Source: Octopus bimaculoides (lineage: Eukaryota). From it: 64,000 nucleotides of DNA. Shown here piece after piece: positions 1-12,349 of this stretch; the stretch's first letter is position 1; every line of letters starts with the position of its first letter. The notes under the pieces are model-generated. The model had not been told where the DNA came from. It did not search any database and was given only the letters and a program-made list of their open reading frames with translations. The stretch covers positions 1,051,922 through 1,115,921 of the forward strand of contig NC_068981.1 of NCBI RefSeq assembly GCF_001194135.2, written 5' to 3'. Both the position numbers and the translations under genes were made by a program.

Positions 1-90
1 GTATAGATAGAAAGATGGAGGAAGACAGATAGATAAATAGATAGAAAGATAGATAGATAGATAGACAGATAGATAGATAGATAGAAAGAT
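1..90. repeat. (GATA)n microsatellite; other simple repeats: (TA)n/(CA)n at 4550-4755, (GGAT)n at 46170-46210, (CA)n at 50420-50510, CT-rich tracts at 41660-42070 and 54340-54720
   Basis: Directly visible. Confidence 0.9.
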
Positions 91-137
91 AGTCACGTCA
101 GAATAATAGTAGACTTACTTGTAAAATAGGACGTGTG

Positions 138-171
<34 letters not shown>

Positions 172-1032
172 GACGGGCTCTTGTAGTTTCTGTCTACCAA
201 ATCCACTCACAAGGCTTTGGTCAGCCTGAGGTTATAGTAGGAGACACTTGCCCAAGGTGCCACGCAGTGGGACTGAACCTGGAACCATATAGTTGGTTAG
301 CAAGCTACTTACCACACAGCCACTCCTGTGCCTATAGCTACTTACCACACAGCCATTCTTATATATACATATATATATATATCATCATCATCGTTATCGT
401 TGATGTTTAACGTCCACTTTCCATGCTGGCATGGGTTGGACGGTTTGGCTGAGGGCTGGCAAACCAGAAGGCTGCATCAGACTCCAGTGTGATCAGGCAA
501 AGTTTCTAAACCTGGATGCCCTTCCCAATACCAACCATTCCGAGAGTGTAGTCGGTGCTTTTTACGTGCAATGACAGGCTTCTTTAAGTTTCCATCTACC
601 AAATCCACTCACAAGGCTTTGGTTGGCTCGAAGCTATAGTAGATGACACTTGCCCAAGGTGCCACACAGTAAAACTGAACCCGGAACCATGTGGTTGGTA
701 AGCAAGCTTCTACCCACACGGCCATTCCCGCTTTTGTTATGCGACACAGGCATGGGTGCTTATGTGGCACTAACACAGGTGTTTTTTACCTGGCACCAGT
801 ACTTAAAGGGCCACCAAGTTGCTTTCAAGACCAGGACATCTCAGCTGGGAGAAGGAGAGGAACTGAGGTAAGTGGCCAGTGCCAGGCGAGGGGTTGGGGT
901 CAGGGATAGCTGTCTTACTAGAGGAAAGACTTGGCAACCTAGGTAGGACAAGGAACCAGAGGGAGGTGGAGGGGAGAGAAAGGAAGGTGAAAGAAAGAAA
1001 GAAAGAGAGAGAGAAATAAGTGAATAACATAC

Positions 1033-1290
1033 TTGTTGAGTTTATATCGGGAACAAATAAATGTAGCATTGATAACTTTGGTCTCCAGTTCCACACAACC
1101 AGCTGGCATGATTAACAATTCCCCGTCAGGACTGAAGGTCAACCGTCTGAAAAATGACCTCATTGTGTCATCGTGAAATATGCGACTGGATTTACATTTA
1201 GCGTCGGAATCATTAGACTGTGACAGTGAATTCATCTTGTAAATATCATGGACGAGGCATTGTTTCGCAACACTGAATACACGACAAGAC
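1033..1290 (-). CDS. CHAF1B: CHAF1B coding exon 7 (SCRVFSV...IFHDDTMRSFFRRLTFSPDGELLIMPAGCVE...RYKLN); gene continues left of the window
   Basis: Diagnostic FHDDxMxSFFRRLxFxPDG motif; tgcag acceptor, GTATGT donor; 258 nt, phase 2 to 2. Confidence 0.95.
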
Positions 1291-2848
1291 CTGCACAGAA
1301 AATAAAACAATATTAAGATAAATAAAGAAATGGTTTTTTTCAGTATATTCCTAAAAAAATTGGTCTTGTACCATGTAAATTATTCCTTATATATTTCATA
1401 AGCTTTTACTTTAATTTATGTAAATTTATGCAGCCAGCTGTTATGATTTATGTAAATATATGCCAATTAGAGTTATAATTTATCTAAGTATATGCTGATT
1501 AGGATTATAATTTATGTAGCTAGACAAATATTAACAATAAAATTTTATTTCAAACTTGAACAATATCGTCCAAAGAATTTAATTAAGCAAACAAATACCA
1601 ATATATGTTCTTGTTTCAGTCATTTGACCGTGGCCATGCTGGAGCACCGCCTTTAGGCGAATAAATCGACCTCAAGACTTATTCTTTCTATCGGTGGCAC
1701 GTGAAAAATCATTCGAGCGAGGTCGTTGCCAGTGCCGCTCAACTGGCTCCTGTGCAGGTGGCACGTAAAAAACACCATTTTGAGCGTGGCCATTGCCAGT
1801 ACCACCTGACTGGCCCTTGTGCCGGTGGCACGTAAAAGCACCCACTACCGGCATCCAGCTGTAGAAACTCTGCCAGATCAGATTGGAGCCTGGTGCAGCC
1901 ATCTGGTTCACCAGTCCTCAGTCAAATCGTCCAACCCATGCAAGCATGGAAAGTGGACGTTAAATGATAATGATGATGATGATAATGGACTTTCAGAGCC
2001 ATTTGACATTTAAAAAACCTTATATTATTAAGTTATGCTATGTTATGTTATAGCCTTATGCAAGATACGTCATCATCCTTGCACATGTTCAGTCCACTGC
2101 TGGATGAAGGCCTCAACATGGTCTCTCCACCAACCACAGTATCATGTTTTCCTCATTTCTGTTTGGTTGCCGAAGAATTTAACAAAGTCTTTATCATCAT
2201 CATCATCATCATCAGCATCATTTAACGTCCACTTTCCATGGTGACATGGGCTGGACAGTTTGACTGGGGACTGGCAAACCAGGAGGCTGCACCAGGCTCC
2301 AATCTGATCTGGCAAGGTTTCTACAGCTGGATGCCCTTCCCAATGCCAACCACTCCGAGTGTGTACTGGGTGCTTTTTATGTGCCACTGGCATGGGGACC
2401 AGTCAGGTGCCACTGGCATCAACCACTCTCAGATGGTGCTTGTTACGTACCACCAGTACAGGAGCCAGTCAGGCAGAACAGGCATCGACCACTCTCAGAT
2501 GGTGCCTTTTACATGCCAGGGGCACGGGTGCCAGTCAGGTGGCATTGGTATCAGCCAGGACAACAATTTCACTTGACTCAACAGGTCTAATATTATTAGT
2601 AATTGTGTAAAAAAGAAACTGCTAAAATATTTCATACAATTCTATATTTAAGAGATGAAGAATTATGTACATTATTTACATTTGACAGATATTTGTCACT
2701 AACTTGTTTGTGTTAACAACAAACAAGATGAGGACAAATATCCATCAAATGTAAATAATGTAAGTAATGAAAATATTTCATGTATTGTAGAAGTGTAACC
2801 AATTTATTCTGACTCCACAGCCCTGGAAGAAAAAATTAGACAGCATAC

Positions 2849-2945
2849 CTATCTGTACTCATTGTAGCAATAAATTCATTCAGGGGATCCCAACTCACTC
2901 CTTGGACAAAACTTTTATGTTCTTTAAATATACAAACTTTTTGAT
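2849..2945 (-). CDS. CHAF1B: CHAF1B coding exon 6 ([33 protein letters not shown])
   Basis: Hand-translated; matches human [32 protein letters not shown]. tttgcag acceptor, GTATGC donor; 97 nt, phase 1 to 2. Confidence 0.95.
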
Positions 2946-5571
2946 CTGCAAAAAAAGTCATAAAACACAAACCATTATTTCTGGAACTTTCAAAAGATTT
3001 CAAACAAAAGAAAACAAAGAATAATTTTTCATGTAATTAATAACCCTAGTTTACATCGTTACAGTTAATTAATGTAATTTATAATCTCAGTGGCCTTGAG
3101 GCTAAACGGCTTGCTTCCAAACCATGTGGTTCTAGGTTCAATCACATTATGTGGCTCCTTGGGCAAGTGTCTTCAACTATAGCCACGGGTTGATCAATGC
3201 CTTGTGAGCGATTTCGCAGACAGAAACTGTGTGGAAGCCCATCTAGAGTTAACAACACCAGCCTGAAACCCCTTTTTGTCCAAAATATCAATCTCCTAAC
3301 AACTGTTCAGAAACGTGCAACCAGACGAAAACCCACCACCAGGCATCTACCATAATCTGAACAGCTTGCTTCTCTGGTCATGGACACAACAAAGCTCTGA
3401 TGCCTGGCAACTGACTTGGTAGACACCCACAAGATTATCCGCCACTTTTCCCACACAAAACTTTGGCACCTTTTTTTTAATTCTGTATGTCTAACACTTG
3501 TGGACATGCTTACAAAATCAGAAAACAACACAGCACCACCCATGACCTTTGGAAACACATTTTCACACTCTGAATTGCTGAAGCATGGAATAAACTACCC
3601 ATATCAGTTGTTAGCTGTTGGGACTCTACATCTTTCAGGACTTCCGTGCTTCCTTAAATTCTGGAAACGCTACACGTGATGCTCCTTTTTTCATTATGAC
3701 TCATTTACTGTTCACTTTCCTGTTTTTTTTTGTGCATTATTCTGTGCACTTTTGGCAACCTTTCTCTGATATGCTGTAGTGCACCTGAGCACTGCATACA
3801 ATAAGTTCATTATTACTATTACTATTACGTATAAATGAGTGTAATCTTGTCGTGACATCAGGCAATGGTTGTAAATGAATACGATTGTCATACAAGTGAA
3901 GCTGTTTATTTCCAGTCTTACACAAAAAAAAAAACACGTCTGGTTATATGGAAATATAACCTTGATTGGAAACAAGTGATGGTTGGCAACAGGAAGGGTA
4001 TCCAACTGTAAAAACATCTGCCTCAACAAACTGTCTGGCGCATGCAAGTTTGAAAAATTTGAATGTTGAGCGATGATGTCACATCATTACAAGTACTTAA
4101 ATACAAAAATGAAATTTCCAACCGACTTTCAGATTACCAAATCCTTTACTTCATTCCTTCAAAACCACCCCATTCATAGTGTATCAAGGACTACATTATT
4201 TAATGTGTCTTAGGCTGATTCTAAAGCATTTGGGTTGCTATTTCTAACAAGTCGAGCGACCGTGAGCCGTTTCAATGTCGTATAATTGATAGGAGTCAAC
4301 GTTTTACAAGAGTTACCTCCCTTAGCTTAAAGTTTTACTAATTTATTTAGTGGTTCTTTTATCTTTTTCAATCATTAGACTGCGGCCATGCTGGGGCACC
4401 GTCCAGGAGAATTATAGTCGAACGAAATGATACCAGTACTTACTTTTTTTAAGCCTGGTACTTAATCTTTTGTCGCATCGCTAAGCTACAGGGACGTAAA
4501 TACACCAACTCCGGTTATCAAGCAGTAGGGCAAGACAAACAGAAACAACCACACACACACAAACACGTGTATATACATATACATACACATACATATACAT
4601 ACACATACATATATATACATACATATACATACATACAAGCATATATACACATACACATACATACAAGCATATATATATACATATATATACATACATACAC
4701 ACACAAATATATATATATATACACACACATACATACATACATACATACACATATCTACAACAGGCTTCTTTCAGTTTCTGCCTACCAAATCCATTCACTA
4801 GGCTTTGGTCGGCTATAAAATAAGACACTTGCTCAAGGTGCCACACAGTGGGACTGAACCCAGAACCATGCGGTTGGGAAGCAAACCTCTTACTACACAC
4901 CCACGGTAAAAGAAACCAATAAAATAAAGAACCGGGATCGATTTGTTCAAAAGAAACTCCTTTAAGGTGTTTTCCCCAGCAGGGCCGCAATCCAATGAAT
5001 GAAACAGGGTCAAAAACTAAAAGCAAATGCTAAATTATTCCACCTAATCCAAGGAGAATTCCAAAGCCAAAACATTTGTTTGGACAATAAACCAATTAGT
5101 AGCAACAAGAACAACAAGAATCCATTTGGTGAATGAAGCTGCCACGGAAAGACAACAAGCTGGCAGAAACGATATCACATTCTGAATTCAAATTCTGTCG
5201 AGGTCGACTTAGCCTTTCATCCTTTTGGGGTCAATAAATTAAGTACCAGCTGTGTACTGGGGTCGATCTAATCGACTGGCCCCCTCCCCAAAAATTTTGG
5301 AGCTTGTGCCTAGAGTAGAAAACAATATTGTATAAACATCAACCGATTTTGATTATGATTGAAAGACAATATAATATATTAAATATATATTCTTTTACCA
5401 TCCTTGGTACAAGGGTCCAGGCTATTTGCTTCAGCAAGGAGAGTTGGCCAATTTAGCGGCTTCCATATCATTGACCAAATGTTCATTAGTACTGTTAATG
5501 AGGTTAAGAAAAGAATGAGGTTGCCATAGAGAGAAGGGGTGGGCGAGGGTGAGATAAAAGAAGGTTCCTAC

Positions 5572-5675
5572 CTTTTGTTACATCCCATATAATGGCACTG
5601 TTATCGACAGACCCTGACACAATGAAACGGCTGTCAGCTGACCAACACAAATCGTAGATATCTTCAAGATGACCC
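5572..5675 (-). CDS. CHAF1B: CHAF1B coding exon 5 (GHLEDIYDLCWSADSRFIVSGSVDNSAIIWDVTK)
   Basis: Canonical WD40 repeat GH...WD; tttgcag acceptor, GTAGGA donor; 104 nt, phase 2 to 1. Confidence 0.95.
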
Positions 5676-6498
5676 CTGCAAATGAAAGACAATGTTTGTT
5701 GGTCCTTATTCTCAACATCGATAAATGAAAAAAATCTGTTTAACAACAGAGAACATTAGCAAATGAACGGCTTTAACATTCCATAAACATTGGTCGATGA
5801 ACAACATTAACACTGAACATGGGTAGATTATTGTTAACACTCCATGAACAATAACACTTCATAAACACTGAAGCCCATCATGTGTTACATGTGTGTCTGT
5901 ACATGTCTGTACATGTGTGTGTCTCTCTCTCTCTCCCTTTCTCTCTTTATCTTAACATCACATTTTAGTTGTAAATGAGTGTCACTCATATTTCCAATAT
6001 TCTGTGGAAACTTGTCTGGCCATAGGGAAATATTATTTTGCTTGGAAAGAGATAAGGTTTGGCAACAGGAAGGGAATCTTGCCTTAGATTCCATCTGACC
6101 CATGCAAGCATGGAAAAGTGGACATTAAATGACGACAGACGCTAGATAATTGAGAGTGCAAGGATATGAAAACAAATAATGTCACAGAAAGTGAGGCTTA
6201 TACATAAATAAGTGTGTGGTGTGTGTATCATCATCATCATCATCATTTAACGTCCATTTTCCAAGCTGGCATGGGTTGGACGGTTTGACCGGGACTGATA
6301 AGCTGAGGAGTTCCACCAGACTTCAGTCTAATTTGGCATGGTTTCTATGGCTGGATGCCCTTCCTAACATCAAGCACTCCAAGAGTGTAACAAGAGCATT
6401 TTCCACGCCACCAGCATGGGTGCCGTTTACGTGACACTGGCAACGGCCAGGACTACAATTTCACTTGGTCTGACAAGTCTTCTCAAGCACAGCATATT

Positions 6499-6682
6499 CT
6501 TTTCTACTCTAGGCACAAGGCCCGGAATTCTGGGGGGAGGAGGCCAATCAATTACATTGACCCCAGTACACAACTGGTACTTAATTTATCAACCCCGAAA
6601 GGACAAAAGGAAAAGTCCGACTTCAGCAGAATTTGAACTCAGAACGTTAAGACAGATGACATTTCTGCCAGCTCACTGCCTT
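6499..6682 (-). mobile_element. SINE family B copy nested in an RTE copy with a 16-bp TSD
   Basis: TCAAGCACAGCATATT at 6483-6498 and 6683-6698. Confidence 0.85.
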
Positions 6683-6883
6683 TCAAGCACAGCATATTGC
6701 CAAGGGTCTTGGGCACTTGTTGCCGCCCCCATGAGGCCCAACATTCGAAGGTCATGCTTTTCCATCTCATCCTCACCTAGACCTTTTCTTGAACTCTGCC
6801 AGCAGTGAACTCCTAAATCTTTAATCATGAGACATCAATCACAAAACAAGGGACTATTAACCCCTTTTTTTTTATTAACTCAC

Positions 6884-6998
6884 CTCAAAACCTTATGTAG
6901 AAGCCAAGTCTCCTTATTGTCTTCTTCTTCTTCCTGAAATATGTTTCCAACATTTGCAGAAAGGGTATCACCCATCTTCCATATAATGACGAAAGCAT
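6884..6998 (-). CDS. CHAF1B: CHAF1B coding exon 4 (DAFVIIWKMGDTLSANVGNIFQEEEEDNKETWLLHKVLR)
   Basis: Similar to human DAVILLWK...NKENWTVVKTLR; tttgcag acceptor, GTGAGT donor; 115 nt, phase 1 to 2. Confidence 0.93.
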
Positions 6999-7754
6999 CT
7001 GCAAAACAGGAAAAAACATCAATAAAATGCACAAATATATCTGTGGCTGTGTGGTAAGAAGCTTGCTTCCCAACCACATGGTTGCAGGTTCAGTCCCAGT
7101 GCGTGGCACCTTGGCCAATTGTCTTGGGCTGACCAAAGACTTGTGAGTGGATTTGGTAGACAGAAACTGAAAGAAGCCGGCAAGCTGAAAGAAACTGAAA
7201 GGCGGTGAGCTGGCAGAGTGGTTAGCAGACCGGGTGAAACGCTCAGCGGTATTTCATCTGTCTTTATGTTCTGAGTTCAAATTCCGCCGAGGTTGACTTT
7301 ACCTTTCATCCTTTCGGGGTCGATGAAATAAGTACCAGTTACACACTGGGGCTGATGTAATTGACTTAATCTCTTTGTCTGTTCTTGTCAGTCCCCTCTA
7401 TGTTTAGCGTGCAAGGTGGAATGCTTAGCAATACTCCGTCTGTCTTTACAGGAGAGCTTTTTACGTGGCATCAGCACCTTTTACAAGGCACCATCTGAAA
7501 ACAAGTTTGTATCATATTACCAGGGTACCGCAGGCAGGTTGGTTGGTACCAAGAGGTTAAAGTGATCTTAGCTAAAGCCTTCCACCAAAATTTCAACTTG
7601 ATGTATGTTCTAAACATCAGATAAACTGACAAAGTGAGTTTACCAAATCCTTCATTGTTTTGAATATTAATTGAAATAAAGGAAATACATCTGAACAGAA
7701 GTCTTGTAGCAAAAGGGTTGAAGTGATTTAAGTAAAAACCTATTAAAAATTCAC

Positions 7755-8240
7755 TGCCAGTGCCGCCTGACTAGCTCCCATGCTGGTGGCACATAAAAAG
7801 CACCATTCGAGCGTGGTCGTTGTCAGTGCCACTTAACTGGCTCCGATGCTGGTGGCACATAAAAAGCACTATTTGAGCATAGTTGATGTCAGCGCCGCCT
7901 AACTGGCTCCTGTGCCGGTGGCATGTAAAAAGCAGCATATGAGTGTGGTTGACGCCAGTGCCAGCTGACTGGCTCCCATGCTGTGGCACATAGAAAGCAC
8001 CATTTGAGAGTGGTCGTTGCCAGTGCCGCCTAACTGGCCCTCGTGCCGGTGGCATGTAAAAAGCACCCACTACACTCTAGGAGTGGTTGGCGTTAGGAAG
8101 GGCATCCAGCTGTAAAAACTCTGCCAGATCAGATTGGAGCCTGGTGCAGACTTCTGGCTCACCAGTCCTCTGTCAAACTGTCCAACCCATGCCAGCATGG
8201 AAAGCAGACGTTAAACGACGATGATGATGATGATGATGTT
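7755..8240 (+). repeat. RTE 3' tail copy with five tandem 66-bp units and a (GAT)n end; representative of a high-copy family (also 1700-1985, 2193-2590, 8660-8960, 13430-14010, 33020-33420, 37740-38000, 60780-61150)
   Basis: Unit starts at 7755, 7821, 7887, 7953 and 8018; shared ending gcatggaaagcggacgttaaacgatgatgat. Confidence 0.85.
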
Positions 8241-9362
8241 GTTAATTTATATTCCAAACATCATCTTAATGATGCCAAAGTCATTTCAGTAAATTCTTTA
8301 TTATTTCCAAAAGTAATAAAAACAAAGACATTGTCTTTCAAGAGAAATACTGTGGAAACAAAAGCTTTAGAAGCCAGCATTGTTGCTAAGTACACACCAT
8401 TAGCAAGTCAATATCTCTGCAATTTACTTCCGAATGGAAAACAGGTCACTGAGGACAAAGTGCTGTTGTCAAGGTTTACAGCACAATGCTATCAAAAGAA
8501 AACCAACTGTTAAGTCCCCAGAAGGGATAACAAGAACATTAACACCAACATCGGTTTAACTCTTCAGCATTCAGATTATCTGTCAAATGTAATCCTCGTT
8601 TTTTCACATTTAAAAAAAAATTAATCATGCATTTTTCATGGGTTTGAGATTGCAATGATCATCCTCATCATCTAACATCCGCTTTCCATGCTAGCATGGG
8701 TTGGACGATTTGACTGGGGACTAGCGAACCGGATGGCTACACCAGACTCCCATCTGATCTGCTAGAGTTTCTACAGCTGGATGCCCTTCCTAACACCAAC
8801 CACTCTGAGAGTGTAGTGGGTGTTTTACGTGCCACCTGCACGAAGGCCAGTCAGGCGGTACTGGCAACAGCCACGCTCAAAATGGTGTTTTTTACATGCC
8901 ACCTGCACAGGAGTCGGTCCAATGTTTTGTTCACATGCCACCGACACAAGTGCCAGTAAGTGACTGTTTATTTTTAGAATGACATTGTAGGGTAGGTGTA
9001 AGAGGCTGGACCTGGCCAGCTTGAATATAAAACAGGGATAATAGTTTGGCTGGATATGGCCAGTTTAAATGTTAATGGGTGAATATCTAAAGTGATAGTA
9101 TGTTGTCAACTTAATGTGACAGTCCCATGAAAGGGAAGAATGCTACTGTTATTTAGCCCTAGGAAACACCATTTCCTGTGTCCTTATGTTTTCAGAGTGG
9201 AGATAAGCACCTCCACCCAGCAAAGCCATTATCCAGAGACTAGTTTCAGAGTCATTGCTCATCATCAGTATGGAGTAGCTTGGCTTGCTAGCTGTCAATG
9301 CCTATCCACCTTTGAAAACATATTTCAAGTGAAATACATTCACTGATTTTTGAAAATAGAAA

Positions 9363-9580
9363 TAATACATTTCTAAATCTCTCAGAGAGATTTATGCAGT
9401 AGCAGCACAATAAAGTGATAGTATGTTGTCAACTTAATGTGACAGTCCCATAAAATGTGTTTCCTAGGGCTAAATAACAGTAGCATTCTTCCCTTTCATG
9501 GGACATTAAGTTGACAACATACTATCACTTTATTGTGCTGCTACTGCATAAATCTCTCTGAGAGATTTAGAAATATATTA
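9363..9580. repeat. Long near-perfect inverted repeat (arms 9363-9451 and 9498-9580)
   Basis: Arms are reverse complements apart from a 4-nt indel and one mismatch. Confidence 0.9.
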
Positions 9581-11015
9581 TCTCTAGGTCCATGTCTATT
9601 CTTCCATGTTTGCATGGGTCAGACGGAGATCAACAAGGTAGATTTCCTATACCTGGATGACCTTCCTGTAGCCAACTCCCGCCTGCAACCAAGCAAGGTA
9701 ACATTTACTCCATGGCCAGATATGCTTTTGTAGGATGTTTGGAATGAGTGGCATTCATTTAGAACAAGGGTTCTCAACCTTTATTTACCAATGGACCCCT
9801 TTCATGTCGATCTTACTCTCGTGGACTCCTACCCTAATGCTAGCTAAAGTCCTCTACAAAAATAACTGGGGAAAATATTCGTGTGTGTGTGTGCACACAT
9901 GTATGCATATCTTCATCATTTAACATCTGTTTTCCATGCTGGCATGGGTTGGACAGTTTGACAGTAGCTGGCAAAGTCAGGAGCCACGCCAGGTGCTGTA
10001 GTCTGTTTTGGGCTTGGTTTCTACAACTGGATGCCCTTCCTAATGCCAACCACTCCAAAGCCAAAACATTTGTTCGGACAATAAACCAATTAATGTCAAC
10101 AAGAACAACAATTCATTTTGTGAATGAGGTTGCTATAGAAAGGCGGTGAGCTGACAGAAACGTTAGCACACCAGGCAAAATGCTTAGCGGTATTTCGTCT
10201 GTTTTTACGTTCTGAGTTCAAATTCCGCTGAGGTCGACTTTGCCTTTCATGCTTTTTACATTGCACCATCACCAGTGCTTTTTATGTATATAAACATATA
10301 TTTATTTAGGCTAATTGGTGTTAGGAAGGGCACCCAGCCTTAGAGACCATGCCAAAACAAACGTGGAGCTTGAATAGTTCTTCAGCTGGTCAGCTCTTGT
10401 CAAACCAGCCAACCCATGCCAACATGGAAAATGAACGTATGACAATGACAATGATGATGATGATGATGATGATGGTTGCTATTCCTTTCGTTTTCCTCCA
10501 GTTTCACTTCTGATTTCTCTTAATTCCCAAAGGAATTTTTTTTCACCAAAATCTTGGTTAACTGTTTTATTGGTATTTTTTAAAATTTGTTTCTTTCTCT
10601 TGCAATATTTTCTTTCAAAGCAAAACTCTTTTCATGGACTCGTAAAATATTACCTTGGACCTGCTCCAGTTTACCATTTTTGGTGGGGTTAAGCACCCCA
10701 CGCCCATTCAAATTTTAATATGGGTCCCCGGGAATAATATGGACCCTGGCTGAAAAGCAAATTTACAACAATCACATGTTTTAAAACAAGTAGATACAAA
10801 CACATACATACATACACACACTAACACACACACACACACAATAGGCTTCTTTCAGTTTCCATTTACCAAATCCACTCACAAGGCTTTGGTAGACCTAGGG
10901 CTATAGAAGACACTTGCCCAAGGTGCCCCAAAGCTTCAAAAAAGCCAACAACTTCATACTAGCAGATATTCCTGTATCTTTCTTCCATCAAAGCAAAATG
11001 GTAAATGGTTCTTAC

Positions 11016-11042
11016 CATCTCCACCTGAAGCCATCAATTCAC
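11016..11042 (-). CDS. CHAF1B: CHAF1B 27-nt microexon (GELMASGGD)
   Basis: Supplies the conserved GExLASGGDD segment; tttcag acceptor, GTAAG donor; phase 1 to 1, fitting both neighbours. Confidence 0.9.
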
Positions 11043-11130
11043 CTGAAAGAAGAAATATTAAAGAGTTAACCATGTTTTAGAAATTGTACTAATTAAACAA
11101 ATATAACAAAATGAGGTCTCACCTCCACTA

Positions 11131-11500
11131 CTAACTTAGATAACCTAAATAATGGAAGCTATCAACTACTTCAAACTTGCCCTGCTGGCAGTTGATGGAG
11201 TCTATTTTCTGCCCACTTTCAGTGTTTATAGTACCTGTGCATCTTCCGCACACAAAAGCTAGTTTCCTTGCTAACTTTCCTCTGATATTGCTGCACCTTT
11301 TATGTGTCCAAAGCTTACACTGGGTGCATCTTATGGAGTTTCCTACCTCACCTTTTTCTACAGATTGAGCAGGGAGGGCCATCTACCTGAAGGGATTTGT
11401 GAGTTGTCTGCAGGGTGCGGCCTTCCAGCTGGCCAGCCCTGGTCAAACTGTCCAACTCCAGACGTTAAATGATGATGATGATGATGATGATGATGATGTC
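11131..11500 (-). mobile_element. RTE LINE internal fragment (Cys-rich CxxCxxWxHxxC...CxxC region) next to a tail remnant
   Basis: NSIRCTQCKLWTHKRCS...VCGRC...FEVVDSFHYLG. Confidence 0.75.
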
Positions 11501-11794
11501 AATAGTAGTGAGGACACCAACCCTGGTCTATAATATATGTGGCCCAGAGATATACAAAATGCTTGCCTAAGGTGTCACACAGTGGAATTGAACTCAAAAC
11601 TATGTGGTTGGAAAGCAAACTTTTTAACCACACAGCTACACCTGCACCTTCTTCACACTCTTAAGAAAGGTATGAACACTACACAATCCCACTTGTACTT
11701 TGAAAACACTGATTCATAAGAAATCAAAAATTATTTTCAATTCCAAATGACATTACACTCCAGAATACAAAAGAAACTAGTTTCAAAAACTTAC

Positions 11795-11900
11795 CATCTG
11801 GGGAAAAACGAACAACATTCACCGATTTTGTGTGTCTTTTAAGATTAGATAAGAATTCTATGGCGACCTTTGAAGAATTGTCAACCTTCACTTGCCAAAT
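11795..11900 (-). CDS. CHAF1B: CHAF1B coding exon 2 ([35 protein letters not shown])
   Basis: WD40 motif [19 protein letters not shown]; tttcag acceptor, GTAAGT donor; 106 nt, phase 0 to 1. Confidence 0.95.
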
Positions 11901-12226
11901 CTGAAAGAAAGAAAACAAAAATTATTTATATTATTTATATTGGACGGATATTTGTCCTCATCTTGTTTGTTGTTAACACAATGTTTCGGCTGATATACCC
12001 TCCAACCTTTGTCAGGTGTCCTGGTAAAACTTTGAACCCAACCCTGGGTTCTCGTTCCTATCTGCCTACACCTGCTTCACAATGAGAAAGGCTATTTCAC
12101 TAAAATCTTCATTATTTTCAAAATTATTCAAAACAAAGGCAGAGCATTTCAACAGAAATATGGCAACGAAAGGATTTAAACATGGGAGATGATTATTTAG
12201 ACAAATATACTGCAAAAAAGACTTAC

Positions 12227-12349
12227 CCTGACAAATTTATCCACTCCAGCAGTGGCCAAACGTTGGATTGCGTGATTCCCTGGCTGGAAATCAACTGAGT
12301 AAACAGGGTCACGTTCATGCCAAGAGATTTCTGGGGTCACAACCTTCAT
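12227..12349 (-). CDS. CHAF1B: Chromatin assembly factor 1 subunit B, first coding exon ([41 protein letters not shown])
   Basis: Matches the CHAF1B N-terminus (human [22 protein letters not shown]...RLASAGVD). Acceptor tttcag lies directly before the ATG; donor GTAAGT; 123 nt, phase 0. Confidence 0.95.

Noticed and set aside
7755-8075. Regularly spaced repeats resembling a CRISPR array
   Set aside because: The units are diverged tandem copies without unique spacers, lie inside a LINE tail, and the context is eukaryotic with no cas genes.
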